NCBI GenBank assembly: GCA_973895155.1
Contig: OZ316893.1
Location: 21,932,955-21,996,954, forward strand
Length of the DNA stretch: 64,000 nucleotides
Source: Marsupella aquatica
Taxonomy: Eukaryota > Plantae > Marchantiophyta
Direction: 5' to 3'
Part shown: piece after piece, positions 11,111-23,080 of the stretch
How positions within the stretch are numbered: position 1 is the first letter of the stretch
Layout: each line of letters opens with the position of its first letter
The notes under the pieces: model-generated
Seen by the model: only the letters and a program-made list of their open reading frames with translations
What the model was told of the DNA's origin: nothing
The model's database searches: none
Made by a program: the position numbers and the translations under genes

Positions 11111-13514
11111 AACAATATTTAGAAGGGTGACAAACTAATTTAATAACTAAATTTTACAAATGATCAAAATGAAGTCCTGATAGACCTCCCTCTAGGTTTG
11201 TCAAAATGCTCCCATATATTTTTGTAACTCTCCACCACATTGTACTCACAATGTGATAGAGAATATTCTCAATTAGTCTATCCCAATTATATAGTTTTTG
11301 TCTACGGGTCCATGGGAGCATCATTTTCTACAAATGATGCACCTTGAAATACAAATATATGACAAACGAGCATTAGTAAGACAAAATACTGAAAAGTATA
11401 TTAGCCATTTAATGTGTCAAAATTTAGCTTCTCATAGGGCAAGTGAGAATTTGTACCTTATGTTTAAATGTTTTCAATGCTTGCACACTTGTACTTTTTC
11501 TCTTCATTATGTGGAATGTAATTTCCTTTGGCATGTGCAATACTTTTACTCTTGTACTTTATCCCGGTCAATGTCATCTAATGCCATCTAATATCCATCT
11601 ACACATCATTACAAGCCAAAAAAAAAAAACATGTTCAATGACAAACAATTGAATATGCTATAGGAGAAGTACATAGTCATCTTCTTCAATCATTTGCATT
11701 AACTGTTTCTCCTATTCTGGTGGACATCATTACTTCCAGTAAATCAACATTGCAAGTCTACCGTGGATAAGTGCCTTCCATGGGTAACTGCGGGTCAATC
11801 GTGTAGTCCCTTAAAATTACAAAGTTTTTTTTGGCAATACACCAAAAAATGTGAACTTAAAGTCAGGATGGACTTGCACGTTATCCATGAAACCCTGATA
11901 GATAAACCAAACCTGCATGGACTTGACTAAAACGTAAAAATATGTTTGCATACTATTTTTTTTACATTTCTGTCCAAAAAAATACAGTGTAAGCAACCAA
12001 ATCAAAACGTCTGTCCCAAGATTTTTCTTGATTTTTCTTGTCATTAACTCTGTCACCATTTTTGTCTTAAAAGATATTCTGACAGTGGCCAAAACACTTA
12101 AATTGAGAGTTGCGCTTCATTCTTCCAATACTCTTTCCTCTCCACATAGTTACGTACTCTAACCATTTTTTAGAGTACAATAAAAAGGTAAAATGTAAAT
12201 TTAGGTATTTATATAAATAATTTTTTCTAACTTTCATATGAGATGAAATTTTGAGTAGATTGAGTGCTTCATATTTTACTCCTACCTCCTCAAGTAATTT
12301 GCTCAATGATAAAAATCAAATGAATCTAATTTACTCAAAAATATTTTTTTATGTTCATAAGCCCCGCAAAAAAGGGAAGGAAAGTAGCACAATGACTCAT
12401 GAATCAAGGAAATAATTCCCACCAAGGAGGTTAGGGGGCACATCTAAAGCCCAAATAAATTAAATTTTTCATAAATGAATTATAATTTTTCTACACACTT
12501 TCTTGAGATTCTAGGGCATTGATACTTTAGGGAATGACTATACGACTTCCAAAAATGTTTTTACATAATCTTGTTTTTTATATAACATTGCTCTTGTTAC
12601 CGAGATTGTAGTAATTTTTCATTATGGAGCTAAAGGAAATTCCAATTTGCACAAGCATTGTTGCAAAATACTATTTTTTAGAGACCATAGTTGTTCTTGT
12701 CATAAATAATGTTTTGACTAATTTATTGCTATAGAGCTACTTGAAAGTTTTTTGGGGGGACTATTGTTGATGAACCCAATTTTTCAGAGAGCGCTACTGA
12801 AATTTCTCAGAGAAGCACTATGAGTAAGTTTTTGGATACAAAGCTATCGGATATCATGTTTTTCATACAACGTTGCTCTTGTTACAAGGAGCGCTTTGAG
12901 TACTTCGCCACTACGGAGCTACAGAATATTGTAAATGTGCATATTCACTCCATTCCATTTATATTCTTAGTTTGACTTTGAGGTGAGCACATAATGTTGT
13001 AGGCTGACATAAATGTAGGTAACTAAACACTTAATGAGAGAATTTGCCATCCATTTGAAGTTTATTAGGCTGTCTCATGATTAGGTGTAAATTGGTTTGT
13101 CCCTTGTCACAGTCCATGGGGATAATTGGGGACAATGTACCAGCCTATTCGGGCTTTTGTTTCAAAAAATGTACAAAGTGTAGGTCAACTTCACTAAATG
13201 AGAAATACATAATCACATTTTGTGTCTTAGAGTGCACATGCATGAATAAATTACTGCAACACATGCTAGAAGTATTTGTTGATAAGTGAAGTGGACAATT
13301 ATACATGGTAGTTTCATGCACTCATCTAGTTGAATCGTGCATTATGAGTATTTTGGGTATGAAAAGTCCATACACACATGACCTGACAAGACACTTGCAG
13401 CAATGCATAAATGATTTCACATGCCCTTATTGGAAAGTGCAACATGTACATATGGAGAAGTTCATTAAATTAATTTATTTTTGAAAGGGGAAAATTGTGA
13501 AAACCCCACTAAAA

Positions 13515-13589
13515 GGGAACAACATTTGAATTCAATACCTATGAGTCTCAACTCATGTGAGCTACTACACAACCAAGCCTCTCTGGGCA
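13515..13589 (-). mobile_element. SINE-like dispersed repeat, copy 2 of 3
   Basis: Minus strand GCCCAGAGAGGCTTGGTTGTGTAGTAGCTCACATGAGTTGAGACTCATAGGTATTGAATTCAAATG has A-box-like and B-box-like motifs. Confidence 0.55.
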
Positions 13590-14256
13590 ATGGAGAAGAT
13601 CATATTTGATGATGCCCATGCACTTAAGACATAGTGCATAATGCGGATAAGTGCAGTGTCTTCTCGGAGCCTGCTCGTAGACACAATAGACTGTATCAGC
13701 TTTGACATTTTTTCTTTATTAGTTTAACCTTATTTATAGGGTATTTGAATATATTAAAAGTTTTTATTATGATGATTGAAACCAAAATATTTTTTTATTC
13801 AACTCATTGAGATTGGAATTTTGCCCTTTTACCGCTGCACGACACTAACTAATCATATTCAAGACTGAGCATCTTATAGATTTAACTAATCTATGACAAT
13901 CAAAGTTACTCCCTTGGTTTATTAGGCATAACCCTAAAAGTGAGGGGGAGAGAAAACAAAATAGGATGAGGGCAAAAATGAACAAATAATAGCATGGAAT
14001 CCTCTCTTCTGGAAGGGTTTTTTTCTCCTCACCTCTATTTGTGGTTTGGGTTATGGTTCAAAGAATGGGCGGGAGAATGGGTGATCATACTAGTATATAT
14101 ATGAGAGCTATATAGTGCAGGCCGATGGGTCTGGCAACTGCACATAAAAAAGCAAAATGAGTGGTTATTGTGTTTGAAAATGGATTTTTTTAGGTCTCTA
14201 TAAGAAAAAATATTTTTTCTTGAAACACAACATCATTTTAACACAACAACTGGGCG

Positions 14257-14462
14257 TTGTGTTCAAGATTTGACCCTAAACTGTTCTACATTGAGCACAA
14301 ATAGTAAAAAATTGAAGAATCATATGCCAATGCCAATATTGAAACACAACTCTAAATATTCAAACACAATGCCCATTTCCAAACACAATGCCTTACAAAT
14401 GCAAAAAAATTGAAAACTCATAGTCCAAACTTGAATACAAGGTCCGGGCACTATTTAAATAG
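14257..14462 (+). repeat. Dispersed repeat of about 200 bp (second copy at 18713-18905)
   Basis: tgtgttcaaga.ttgaccctaaactgttctacattgag...gaagaatcatatgccaatgccaatatt...tccaaacttgaata...cactattt.aatag is present at both loci in the same orientation. Confidence 0.85.
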
Positions 14463-14567
14463 AAATCTGAAAAAGGTAAGTTGTTGTTTGCATGGATTCC
14501 TCATATGTCAAATTGCCACGCATGTTTTGCCATTTCCAAATGATGGGTACAAGTGGGTACATTGATT

Positions 14568-14787
14568 CACTAGATCAATCAGTACATGACATTGGATCCT
14601 TGCCCATTCTTGTGGAGGCCTCCCTTCAAATGTCATTGATCTAGAAGAATCTCAGATCAATGACATGCCACAAGAGAACTAGATCAATCAGTACGTGACA
14701 TTGGATGTTTGCCCATTCTTACGCAGGTCTCCCTTCAAATGTTAATGATCTAGAAGCGTCTCAGATCAATGACATACCACAAGAGAA
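14568..14787. repeat. About 109-bp tandem duplication
   Basis: actagatcaatcagtac(a/g)tgacattggat...tctcagatcaatgacat(g/a)ccacaagagaa occurs twice. Confidence 0.85.
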
Positions 14788-15409
14788 TTAAGACGACGTG
14801 AAATTGCTATGATTTAGCCAAGAGTGCGCTCCATGTGGAGATGAATCTCATTGCTGTGACAAAGCAAATCTCCATTGAGAAAATCTGCGCAAGAGAGAAC
14901 TTTGAGTCAAGCTTGTCATTTCCCTCTGATGATTGTGCAAGATTTGGTAGGGGGGAAATTCTCGGCATTGCACAGAAAAATCTGTTCAAGATGTACAAAG
15001 TCAAGGTAACTTTGCTGCACCTAGAAACCAAAAGTTATGGAGTTGAGGTATTGCTGGACATTACATACCTTGTGGGCAATTCATTTTGAACAATTAGTTT
15101 GCAGGCTCATCAACATAAATATTTCTTGCATATCATTCACTCATGCGTCTATGTCTATAGGCCATGCATGGGAACTCCTAAATTTTAATTGTACATGTCT
15201 GTGTTGTCTATGTTGTGCAGGGGGACACAATTGAAATAGCTTCTACGTATACTCAGATGGATCCTAGTCTGCCTACTAAGTGGCCGTGGGTTGATACAAA
15301 ATACTTGACACCCGCACAACAAAATATTGAAAAGCTTGTACTAAGTTGTTGGGTAAACCGGAGTATGTGGAAGATGAAGATCGTTCACAATACACTGTGC
15401 CTATGGAAT

Positions 15410-16403
15410 TAGCTTCATTTGGTACCGGGTCCAATATAGTCCGACAGGGCTACAGCACCTGGTCATGAAACTTCATTTGGTATCGGGTCCAATTCCAACT
15501 GCGCTACAGCACCTGGCCATGAAACTGCAGACACTACTATGTCTCCCCACCTCCAACACCAAGGGCGGGCATATCATCTCATAGTGGAAGTGACCAAAGC
15601 CCTGCTACTTCACAACACGATGTTTCTCATTGCAATACTCCTTTGCCCACTCTAGCATCAGCTCACTCCATCTCTCTCGCAAAGTGAAAATTGGTTGAGT
15701 CGGGCTACATCACACTTTAATCTTTCTTCTAGCAAAGTGCCATTGCCAATACCAGCTTATCCAATTGTCTCACAGTTTTCAATGTTGCCCACAACTTCTC
15801 ATGGCTTTGTGTCACAGTCTTCAATGACTTTGAATCATTATCCATGTAAGGAAGTCTTGAAAACTTCAACGGTGGATGATGTGCTTAGTCCTCCAAGGAA
15901 AAAGAGTCCACAGGTAATTGCTAAACCTAGCCGGGAAACTTCATATGGTACTTGGACCAATTCAAACCAGGCTATAGCACCTAGCCAGGAAATTGCAGGT
16001 ACTACTGTGCCATCTCCAATCCCAACACCAAGGATGGGCATATTGCATGTCTCATTAGAGTGGAAGTGACCAGAGCCCTGCTAGGTTGCAACACAATATT
16101 TCTCGTTGCAATACTCCTTTGCCAACTCCAGCATTAACTCAGGCCATATCTTTGCACAGTGGAAATTGGCTAAGTCAGGCTGCATCACACAATCTTCCTT
16201 CTGGCATAGTGTCATCGCCAATCCCAGCTCATCCTGGCCACTCTCTCATACTCTTCAATGTTGCCCTCACTTTCTCATGGCATTGTGTCATAGTCTTTGA
16301 TGACTCTGAATCACAAGTCGTGTAAGGAAGTCTTGAAAACCTCAACGGTGGCAGATGATGTGCTAAGTCCTCCAAGGAAAAAGAGTCCATAGGTAATTGC
16401 TCG
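15410..16403. repeat. About 480-bp tandem duplication within a degenerate, probably transposon-derived coding relic
   Basis: About 15465-15923 matches about 15935-16403 (gaaacttcat.tggta...gtaaggaagtcttgaaaac.tcaacggtgg...gtcctccaaggaaaaagagtcca.aggtaattgct). A third short start is at about 15412. Ser/Thr/Pro-rich broken frames. Confidence 0.75.
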
Positions 16404-17826
16404 TGGACGTTTGTGCAGTCGTAGGAGGTGATCAGGACGTTGGTTTAGTGTTAAAGTAGATAGATCTAATATGCGCTATGTTTTTAGCTACGTACTAGCT
16501 AAAAATTATTAGTTATATACTGATTGAAGTCCATTAACTTGTGGAATATTATGTACCTGGCTATAGCTGGAAGTACATTTGACATTGAGTCCCGCATTGA
16601 GTCCCATGGAAAATGACATCAACAATGAAAACCGTCCTCCAAATCTGGTGTTTGATCGCCGCTCAAGTAAAGCAAAATAGATTAGTAACAAGGTATTGCA
16701 ATTCAGTGCAATTTCAACCCAAGAAGATCGGCAACATTTTCAGCAACTACTGAATGGAAAATCAGGCTAGGTTGTCATTCCATCCAATTTGTGGATATTT
16801 CATCATAGTATTGTTACAATACATATTGTTGTCTTGTGCACATTGCTCCTTATAACTAAGAGTCTACATACTTAATTACTAAATACACGCTAGTCTGGCT
16901 GCTAGTCCTCCTTGGTCCATATTCCATTTAGGTTGCAGACTGAGTACATAGCTAGCTTGGACCTTGAATTAATTCTCTTCTGGCCAAAGTGATTAGTTCT
17001 AAAGTCCAGCTGTATGACAGCAACAGGCTAGGGACTAATTGGCCAATTCAATATATGGCTACATCATCTGATATTTATGTGTTCTCATGTATGCCCAGGT
17101 AAAAGTGGCCAGCACAACTTCAGATCTTACTTCAGATACAACTTCCGTGGAGTGGCTTACACATAGCGCAATCATCACCATTTGCATGATGGTGATGAAT
17201 GCAGTTAATGAGAAGGACGTGGAAATCAACGTTGTTGGCACATGGATTGCTAAAAAGAATAGCACATGCAAATGTCCTAAACCCGTTCATGGACACAAGG
17301 ATTTCAATATTCGGCAGAAAATGCAGCTGGTTGTTGTTTCATGGGCCCTAAGCAAGAGTGGTGTATTACAGGTTTTCAATCTACCTCCCTTGCAGCAAGG
17401 GACACCAAATAACCTATGATTCACCACCACATAGTCATTTTTGTTACTCTTGTCATTATGAAATTAGTTAGAGACATGCAGCTTTAATGATAATATATCA
17501 CTTTTTTGGGGGGGGGCAATCCAAGCAGAACTCAATCTCGATCATTTTGTGGTAATAAGAGTTGACTTAAAATTTGCATTTGTTCCACTAATGAAGGGTA
17601 ATTTATAGAGTGTTGGTTGATTAATTCTTGGATTAATTAGTTAATGTAACATGTACGTGATCCCACTTCTGATTTTCAGGCTAGCTAGGCCATAAGTATT
17701 TTTGGATCGATCAGGCCCTAATCAGCAGCCCAGCCTGAAAAACTATACAATTATGTTAACAAATTTAGTCTTTTTGTGATCTGGAATCGATCCATAACTC
17801 TGCAATGTTAATAATTATGTGCATGA

Positions 17827-17901
17827 CCCAGAGAGGCATGGTTGTGTGGTAGCTCACTTGAGTTGAGACTGTTCATACATAGGTGTGGAGTTAAAATGTT
17901 G
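17827..17901 (+). mobile_element. SINE-like dispersed repeat, copy 3 of 3
   Basis: cccagagaggcatggttgtgtggtagctcacttgagttgagact...ataggtgtggagttaaaatgttg matches the copies at 9431 and 13515. Confidence 0.55.
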
Positions 17902-18083
17902 TGGCTGACCATTCCCTTTCTGTTGGGACTCCTTAAAGCCTGTGGAAAAGCTTAAACCACCAAGTGAGATCACTGTTGGGACTCCTTAAAGCCCCCCAAA
18001 GACTCAAGATTTTACTCCTCTGCGTATGTAGGAAAGCTTAAACCACCAAGTGAGATCATTGTTGGGACTCAAAGTCCTCAAAG

Positions 18084-18358
18084 CTCAGGGGGTTAATTAA
18101 GTGTATATTTTGGGGTACCACATGCAATCATAGTCTAATATTAATAGACCTATTTCATAAAAAAATAACATTTCAAGAATATTATTCATTTCCAATATTA
18201 ATAACATATTTTACTTTACAAAATGTATAGATTAGATATGAGTTTATAATACCTTCTTTTGTCTCCTACACTTTTAAAAAATTTAGCTAATATATATCAA
18301 AAATACATATTTTGGATCGCACGTGGTTCCTAAGATTTTTGCTAGTCAATCCTCCAAG
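18084..18358. mobile_element. MITE family A (about 275 bp), 8-bp TSD
   Basis: TIR ctcagggggttaatta / tagtcaatcctccaag; TSD cctcaaag (18076-18083) and ccccaaag (18359-18366); body matches 39937-40223. Confidence 0.85.
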
Positions 18359-18890
18359 CCCCAAAGGCAATATCCTGAGGAATCATACTGAGGGCAGTGT
18401 TTCTCCTACAATAAGCAATATGGGTTCCTCTCAAAAGTCCCTGAAGACATTGACGGGACTTATGACATAACATATTGGGAAGCCTTACCTGTGGGACCTT
18501 GTCTCTTGTTTTGGGTGCCTCTTGTTTTTGCACTGTGATATATAATTTCTTGTTCTTTTGAAGTTTTTGCAGTGTACATATATATATATATATAATCTCT
18601 TGATTTGTTGGAGTGTGATATGTAATCTCTTGTTCTTTTGACGCGTGATATATAATGAAGAGTGTCACTAGTGTCTTCCCCTGAACAAAGTGCATGGTTG
18701 TTGTGTTAAACACTGTGTTCAAGAATTGACCCTAAACTGTTCTACATTGAGTACAATTAGTAAAAGATGGAAGAATCATATGCCAATGCCAATATTCAAA
18801 CACAACACCCATTTCCAAACACAATGCCTTGCAAATGCAAAAAAATTGTCTGAGAACTCATGGTCCAAACTTGAATAAAAGGTCGGGGCC

Positions 18891-19278
18891 ACACTATTTG
18901 AATAGAGCAACCCATGGCCCACTATTCCAAGACAAGGCCGTGTGTTTGGGGAAGACACTATTTGAATAGAGCTACCCATGGCCACTATTCCAAGACAAGG
19001 CAGTGTGTTTGAGAAAGACACTATTTGAATAGAGCAACCCATGGCCCACTATTCCAAGACAAGGCTGTGTGTTTGGGGAAGACACTATTTGAATAGAGCG
19101 GCCCAAGGCCCACTATTCCAAGACAAGGTGGTGTGTTTGGGGAAGACACTATTTGAATAGCGCGACGCATGGCCCACTATTCCGAGACAAATAGAGGGCC
19201 CACTATTCCAAGACAAGGAATTCCAAGACGAATAGAGGGCCCACTATACCAAGACAAGGAAGTGTGTTTGGGGAAGAG
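18891..19278. repeat. 63-64-bp tandem minisatellite (about 5 units plus partial units)
   Basis: Unit acactatttgaatagagcaacccatggcccactattccaagacaaggc.gtgtgtttggggaag starts at 18891, 18955, 19018, 19082 and 19146. Confidence 0.9.
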
Positions 19279-20241
19279 GGGGTAGTCACATTTCCCATTA
19301 ATCGTGCCCATGATAAAACTCGGGGCCACGTGTTGTTGTCGATCTTTTGAGCTTCAAACGTGAGGGCGAGAAAGATTGTACACCTGTGTACAATTGCGCT
19401 CCTGTGCGTGGAATTGGATTTGACCGGAAGCTCGAAGCTCGAAGCTCGAAGCCTTGGAGTGAGGCCATCGGTGTAGTAATTGTAGAACGCAATCGGTGTA
19501 ATGATTGTAGGACAATTAAATACTCGTCGGGAAAGAAACAATTTCAGAGGTGGAGCAGTTGAGATATGTGACTCACAGATTTCTTGCGGTCGATGGATTT
19601 CGTTCCAGCTCTCAGACGAGTAGGGTTTCGGGCAGGATCACCAAATCTGGTCATGGCAAACGGAAATGTGGGAAGGATTTTCGGGAAATGTGGCTTTTCA
19701 GCTCGGATGGGAGAAATCTGAGGAGTTGGGCGATTATAGGTTAGGAAAGTTCGCACACAGAAGAATTGACTGGAGCTCGCTCCTTCATGAGGTCGCTCAA
19801 TGCATCTGCTAGGAAAGGGCCGGTTTCTCTTGATGGACGAAGGACACAAGACTGAACGAGACGGGATGAGAGGGACGAGTAAGATGAAGACGAAAAATTG
19901 CAGCATATGAGGTACGAGCTTGGAATTTAGGGTTTTTGCGGATGAGATTGTCTGTTATTAGGCCGGTGTTGCAAAAAGCAGTAGCAGCAGCATGAGCGGT
20001 GAGACGAGCAGTAGGGGTCTATCTGAGGACATGGAGGCGAAGAGCTTAAATCGCTAAGGTGCCGAGGGTTTCGGCGATCTGTCATCCTTTACACTAGTCG
20101 CCCTAGAGGACATATCTCTCTCTCTCCCTCAAGGAGGCATCGGGGATTGGAATTTGTGCATTGTAGTATTGTAGAAGGTGAGGATCTTAGCGCCGGATGA
20201 ATGTTGGGAACTGAAAGGAGTTTGACGAACCGGAGGCGGTC

Positions 20242-21264
20242 ATGGACTACGACATTGTGGATGGCTTCTCGAGACCGCGGTTGCAAGTGCAATCGGGGGA
20301 GCAGGGTGGTGCAGACGAAGGTCAATCGAAGAGTGTCAATAAGGTTCACGCAGGCATTTGCGTAAGTGTAGGAATCATTTCATTAGCTGTGGGTCTGAGC
20401 TTGGTGACCGGGTTGTTGCAATTCGTGGCCGTCTGGCTCGGACTGTCCTTAGTCTTGGGCCCGTTCGCCCCTCCCTTCCTCACCGGGGGTGACTGCCGCG
20501 TGGGCATCGGAGAGCCGGTGCTACCTGAACCCGAAGAAATCGATTCCGTGGAGAAAATCGGAGGCGGAGGAGGAAGAGGCCATCACTATAACTCTAGAGA
20601 AAAGTACAATTCCGCCAGACAAGCTGTTGAAATCGTGGATGGATCGGCAGCCGAGCACAATGGTGGGAAATCGAACAGGAAGGGGTCTTCTCAGCGAGAG
20701 AAAGGGAGCAGCGGCGATGTAGTAGAGGAGGAAAAGGAATGGGACGTGGAGGACGTGGACTTACTGAGGAAGCTAATGGTAAAGCATCCCCGGGGGACTT
20801 TGCGGAGATGGGAGGTGATTGCCGAGGGTTTAGGAGGGAGGCACAATGTGGACAGCATAGTGAAGATGTCGAAGGCCCTAGGACAGAAGAAGGTTGGGGA
20901 TCAAGACTCTTATTCTAGGTTTTTGTCTCAGAGGAAGGTCGCGGATGTTGCCATAGCGTCTCCATTGAGTCGTCGTGATGGAATTGAAGACCCGCAGAAT
21001 GAAGATGAGGTGACGGAGATAGAAGAGCCTAATTTTTATGCTAGTGGTAAGGGGGCGGTTTGGACTGAGGTGGAGGATAAAGCTCTGGTGACAGCCCTGA
21101 AGACATTTCCAAAGGATACCCCAATGAGGTGGGATAAAGTTGCCATAGCTCTTCCGGGGAGATCCAAAGCGCAGTGCTTCAGACGTTTTTCAGATCTGCG
21201 GAAGAGCTTCCGCAGCACAATTGGGGTTGGATCTGCGAGCCAAGAGGAGCCGCTCAAGGATTGA
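20242..21264 (+). CDS. Membrane-anchored SANT/MYB-domain protein (maMYB-like; SANT repeats resembling the DnaJC2 C-terminus), intronless, 340 aa
   Basis: N-terminal RPRL motif and hydrophobic segments, then SLVLGPFAP.FLTGGDCRVGIGE and two SANT repeats (EWDVEDVDLLRKLMVKHPRGTLRRWEVIA; WTEVEDKALVTALKTFPKDTPMRWDKVAIALPGRSKAQC). Confidence 0.88.
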   Translation: MDYDIVDGFSRPRLQVQSGEQGGADEGQSKSVNKVHAGICVSVGIISLAVGLSLVTGLLQFVAVWLGLSLVLGPFAPPFLTGGDCRVGIGEPVLPEPEEIDSVEKIGGGGGRGHHYNSREKYNSARQAVEIVDGSAAEHNGGKSNRKGSSQREKGSSGDVVEEEKEWDVEDVDLLRKLMVKHPRGTLRRWEVIAEGLGGRHNVDSIVKMSKALGQKKVGDQDSYSRFLSQRKVADVAIASPLSRRDGIEDPQNEDEVTEIEEPNFYASGKGAVWTEVEDKALVTALKTFPKDTPMRWDKVAIALPGRSKAQCFRRFSDLRKSFRSTIGVGSASQEEPLKD

Positions 21265-22469
21265 CTCCGCATCTCAGCTCTGCTAGAAGCCGAGCGTTTG
21301 CTCAAGGCGTTATTGCGGCGGCCATTGTATGTACATTATTTAGGGCATTGGACATGCCTTGAGAGAAACATTCCTTGTTCCATTGATTCCCACTCGAAGA
21401 ATCAGTTTTAAGCTCCCCATGAGCTCTAGGGTCATTCTTTGGGAGAGATTGTTCGGCGAGTGTGGTCTATTCACTGCTGAATAAAAATGTGCTGTTCGAA
21501 ATTTCTGATCTTGTTTGTATGGTCTCAATTCCACTAGTTCCGTTTGTCGGTCGATGACCAGGCCCACATTTCATGGTGAGGAGACGATGGACTTTATGAG
21601 ACATAGGGCGTATCTGTCACGGAAAATTTTGTCTCTCGTCTTGAGGATAAAGTTCACCAGACAGCATTGATATGTAAGTACCGGACCTGGAGGACGGGAA
21701 TGAGCTTGATTTGTGAGGTTAGGAACCTGAAAGAAAACATTGCATTCACTGTTTATGGCCATTCCCTGCACCTTACCGAAAATCAATGTTCCTAACCATT
21801 ACTTTGTGACCATCGAGTATAAATCGGTGGGCCTCAGTCAAGTCTGTCAATTGATCCATTTTGCGAGACTGAATCTGGTAACGGAATCCCAGTCGACTCA
21901 TGAGTTAGAAGAGGTCAGGTATACTCGACAGGATGATGATCGTGCCTTTTCGTGGTGAGCTATCTTCAATCCTGTTTCCAAGCAGAAATTGGATCGAGGA
22001 ATGGTCCAGTAGTACACGCAGAGGCATGAAACTAGAGTAGAGTTGACTGGGGATTCGAAAGGTTCTTGAATAATGAGAAGCATGGATATCTAAATAGAGA
22101 GGGGCAACGCGAAGTCAGGAAATTATAACCAGTGCAGACGAGGCAGCCTATCCAATTCACTTGGATCAGGCACCAGAAGTCCACTTTCAAGGACCCTAAA
22201 CCGCCAGGTACTGGAAAACTACAACGTACCACCTGCCTGTCTTCACAGTAATATGTGTATTGCTGGTTCCTTCCTTTCAGATCCCGTATATTGTTACCTT
22301 TAGCAGAGCTCAGCTAATCTCCTGAAGGTGCTTGAAAGGTGGCCATTCCATGTGGCATACAGTACCCGACTTTGAAACACCTGTGAATTGAGCAAAACTG
22401 TGAAAGAGCTCTCTCAGTTTTGTCCGTCCTTGCTTGAACAGTTCCACTCTCCTTCACCGTGACCCGCAT

Positions 22470-22620
22470 GGTATCGTTTTACTAGTGGAGAATGATGATA
22501 GATTGGAGGTGCATGGGAGGGTTGGTGTCGTTTTGCTAGTTGGGAATGATGATAGATTGGAGGTGGATGCGAGGTTTGGTGTGGTTTGGTTAGTTGGGGA
22601 ATGATGGTGGGTTTGGAGGA
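22470..22620. repeat. About 51-bp tandem repeat, three degenerate copies
   Basis: tcgtttt.ctagt.g.gaatgatgatagattggaggtg repeated near 22474, 22528 and 22585. Confidence 0.7.
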
Positions 22621-22862
22621 GGCTGCGAGGTCTGTTATTCCTAAGTAGGTAAGGCACGAGAAGGGGGCCATTCAGTTTTGCCCCTCACCCACACAGGGCC
22701 ATCCAGAACTCTGAAATCCGAAACTATTCAGGCTTTCCCATAGCTATCAAAGTGGGCCCTGGCAATGTTGGAAACATAAATTTTGATTTGTTCATGTCTC
22801 TAAAGGAAACTTTATTCACCAAGGAAATAGTTCCATGTACCTGGAAACATCGTAAGCTAACT

Positions 22863-23080
22863 GATCACAAACGGTGAAACTCTCGCTTATGCAATTGCTT
22901 ACACCCGGTCCTGCCTCAACAACTCTTCAGACTTTTTGGCTCCTTTTGCAATCGAATTCAGTGGTCGATGTTAGATCACAACGATCACACACCGTGGAAC
23001 TCTCGCTGATGCAATTGCTTACACCCGATTCTCCTGCCTCAAAACTCGACAGACCTTTGGCTCCATGTCCAATCGAATTC
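22863..23080. repeat. About 120-bp tandem duplication
   Basis: gatcaca.ac.gtg.aactctcgct.atgcaattgcttacacccg...cctgcctcaa..actc..cagac.tttggctcc...caatcgaattc occurs twice. Confidence 0.75.

Noticed and set aside
18891-19278. Regularly spaced repeats resembling a CRISPR array
   Set aside because: The whole 63-64-bp unit is repeated with no unique spacers, there are no cas genes, and the context is eukaryotic. It is a minisatellite.
19925-19936. Telomere-like TTTAGGGTTT motif (also single AAACCCTA copies near 9519, 13930 and 45201)
   Set aside because: Isolated single copies. They could be telo-boxes but are expected by chance, and are not an interstitial telomeric array.
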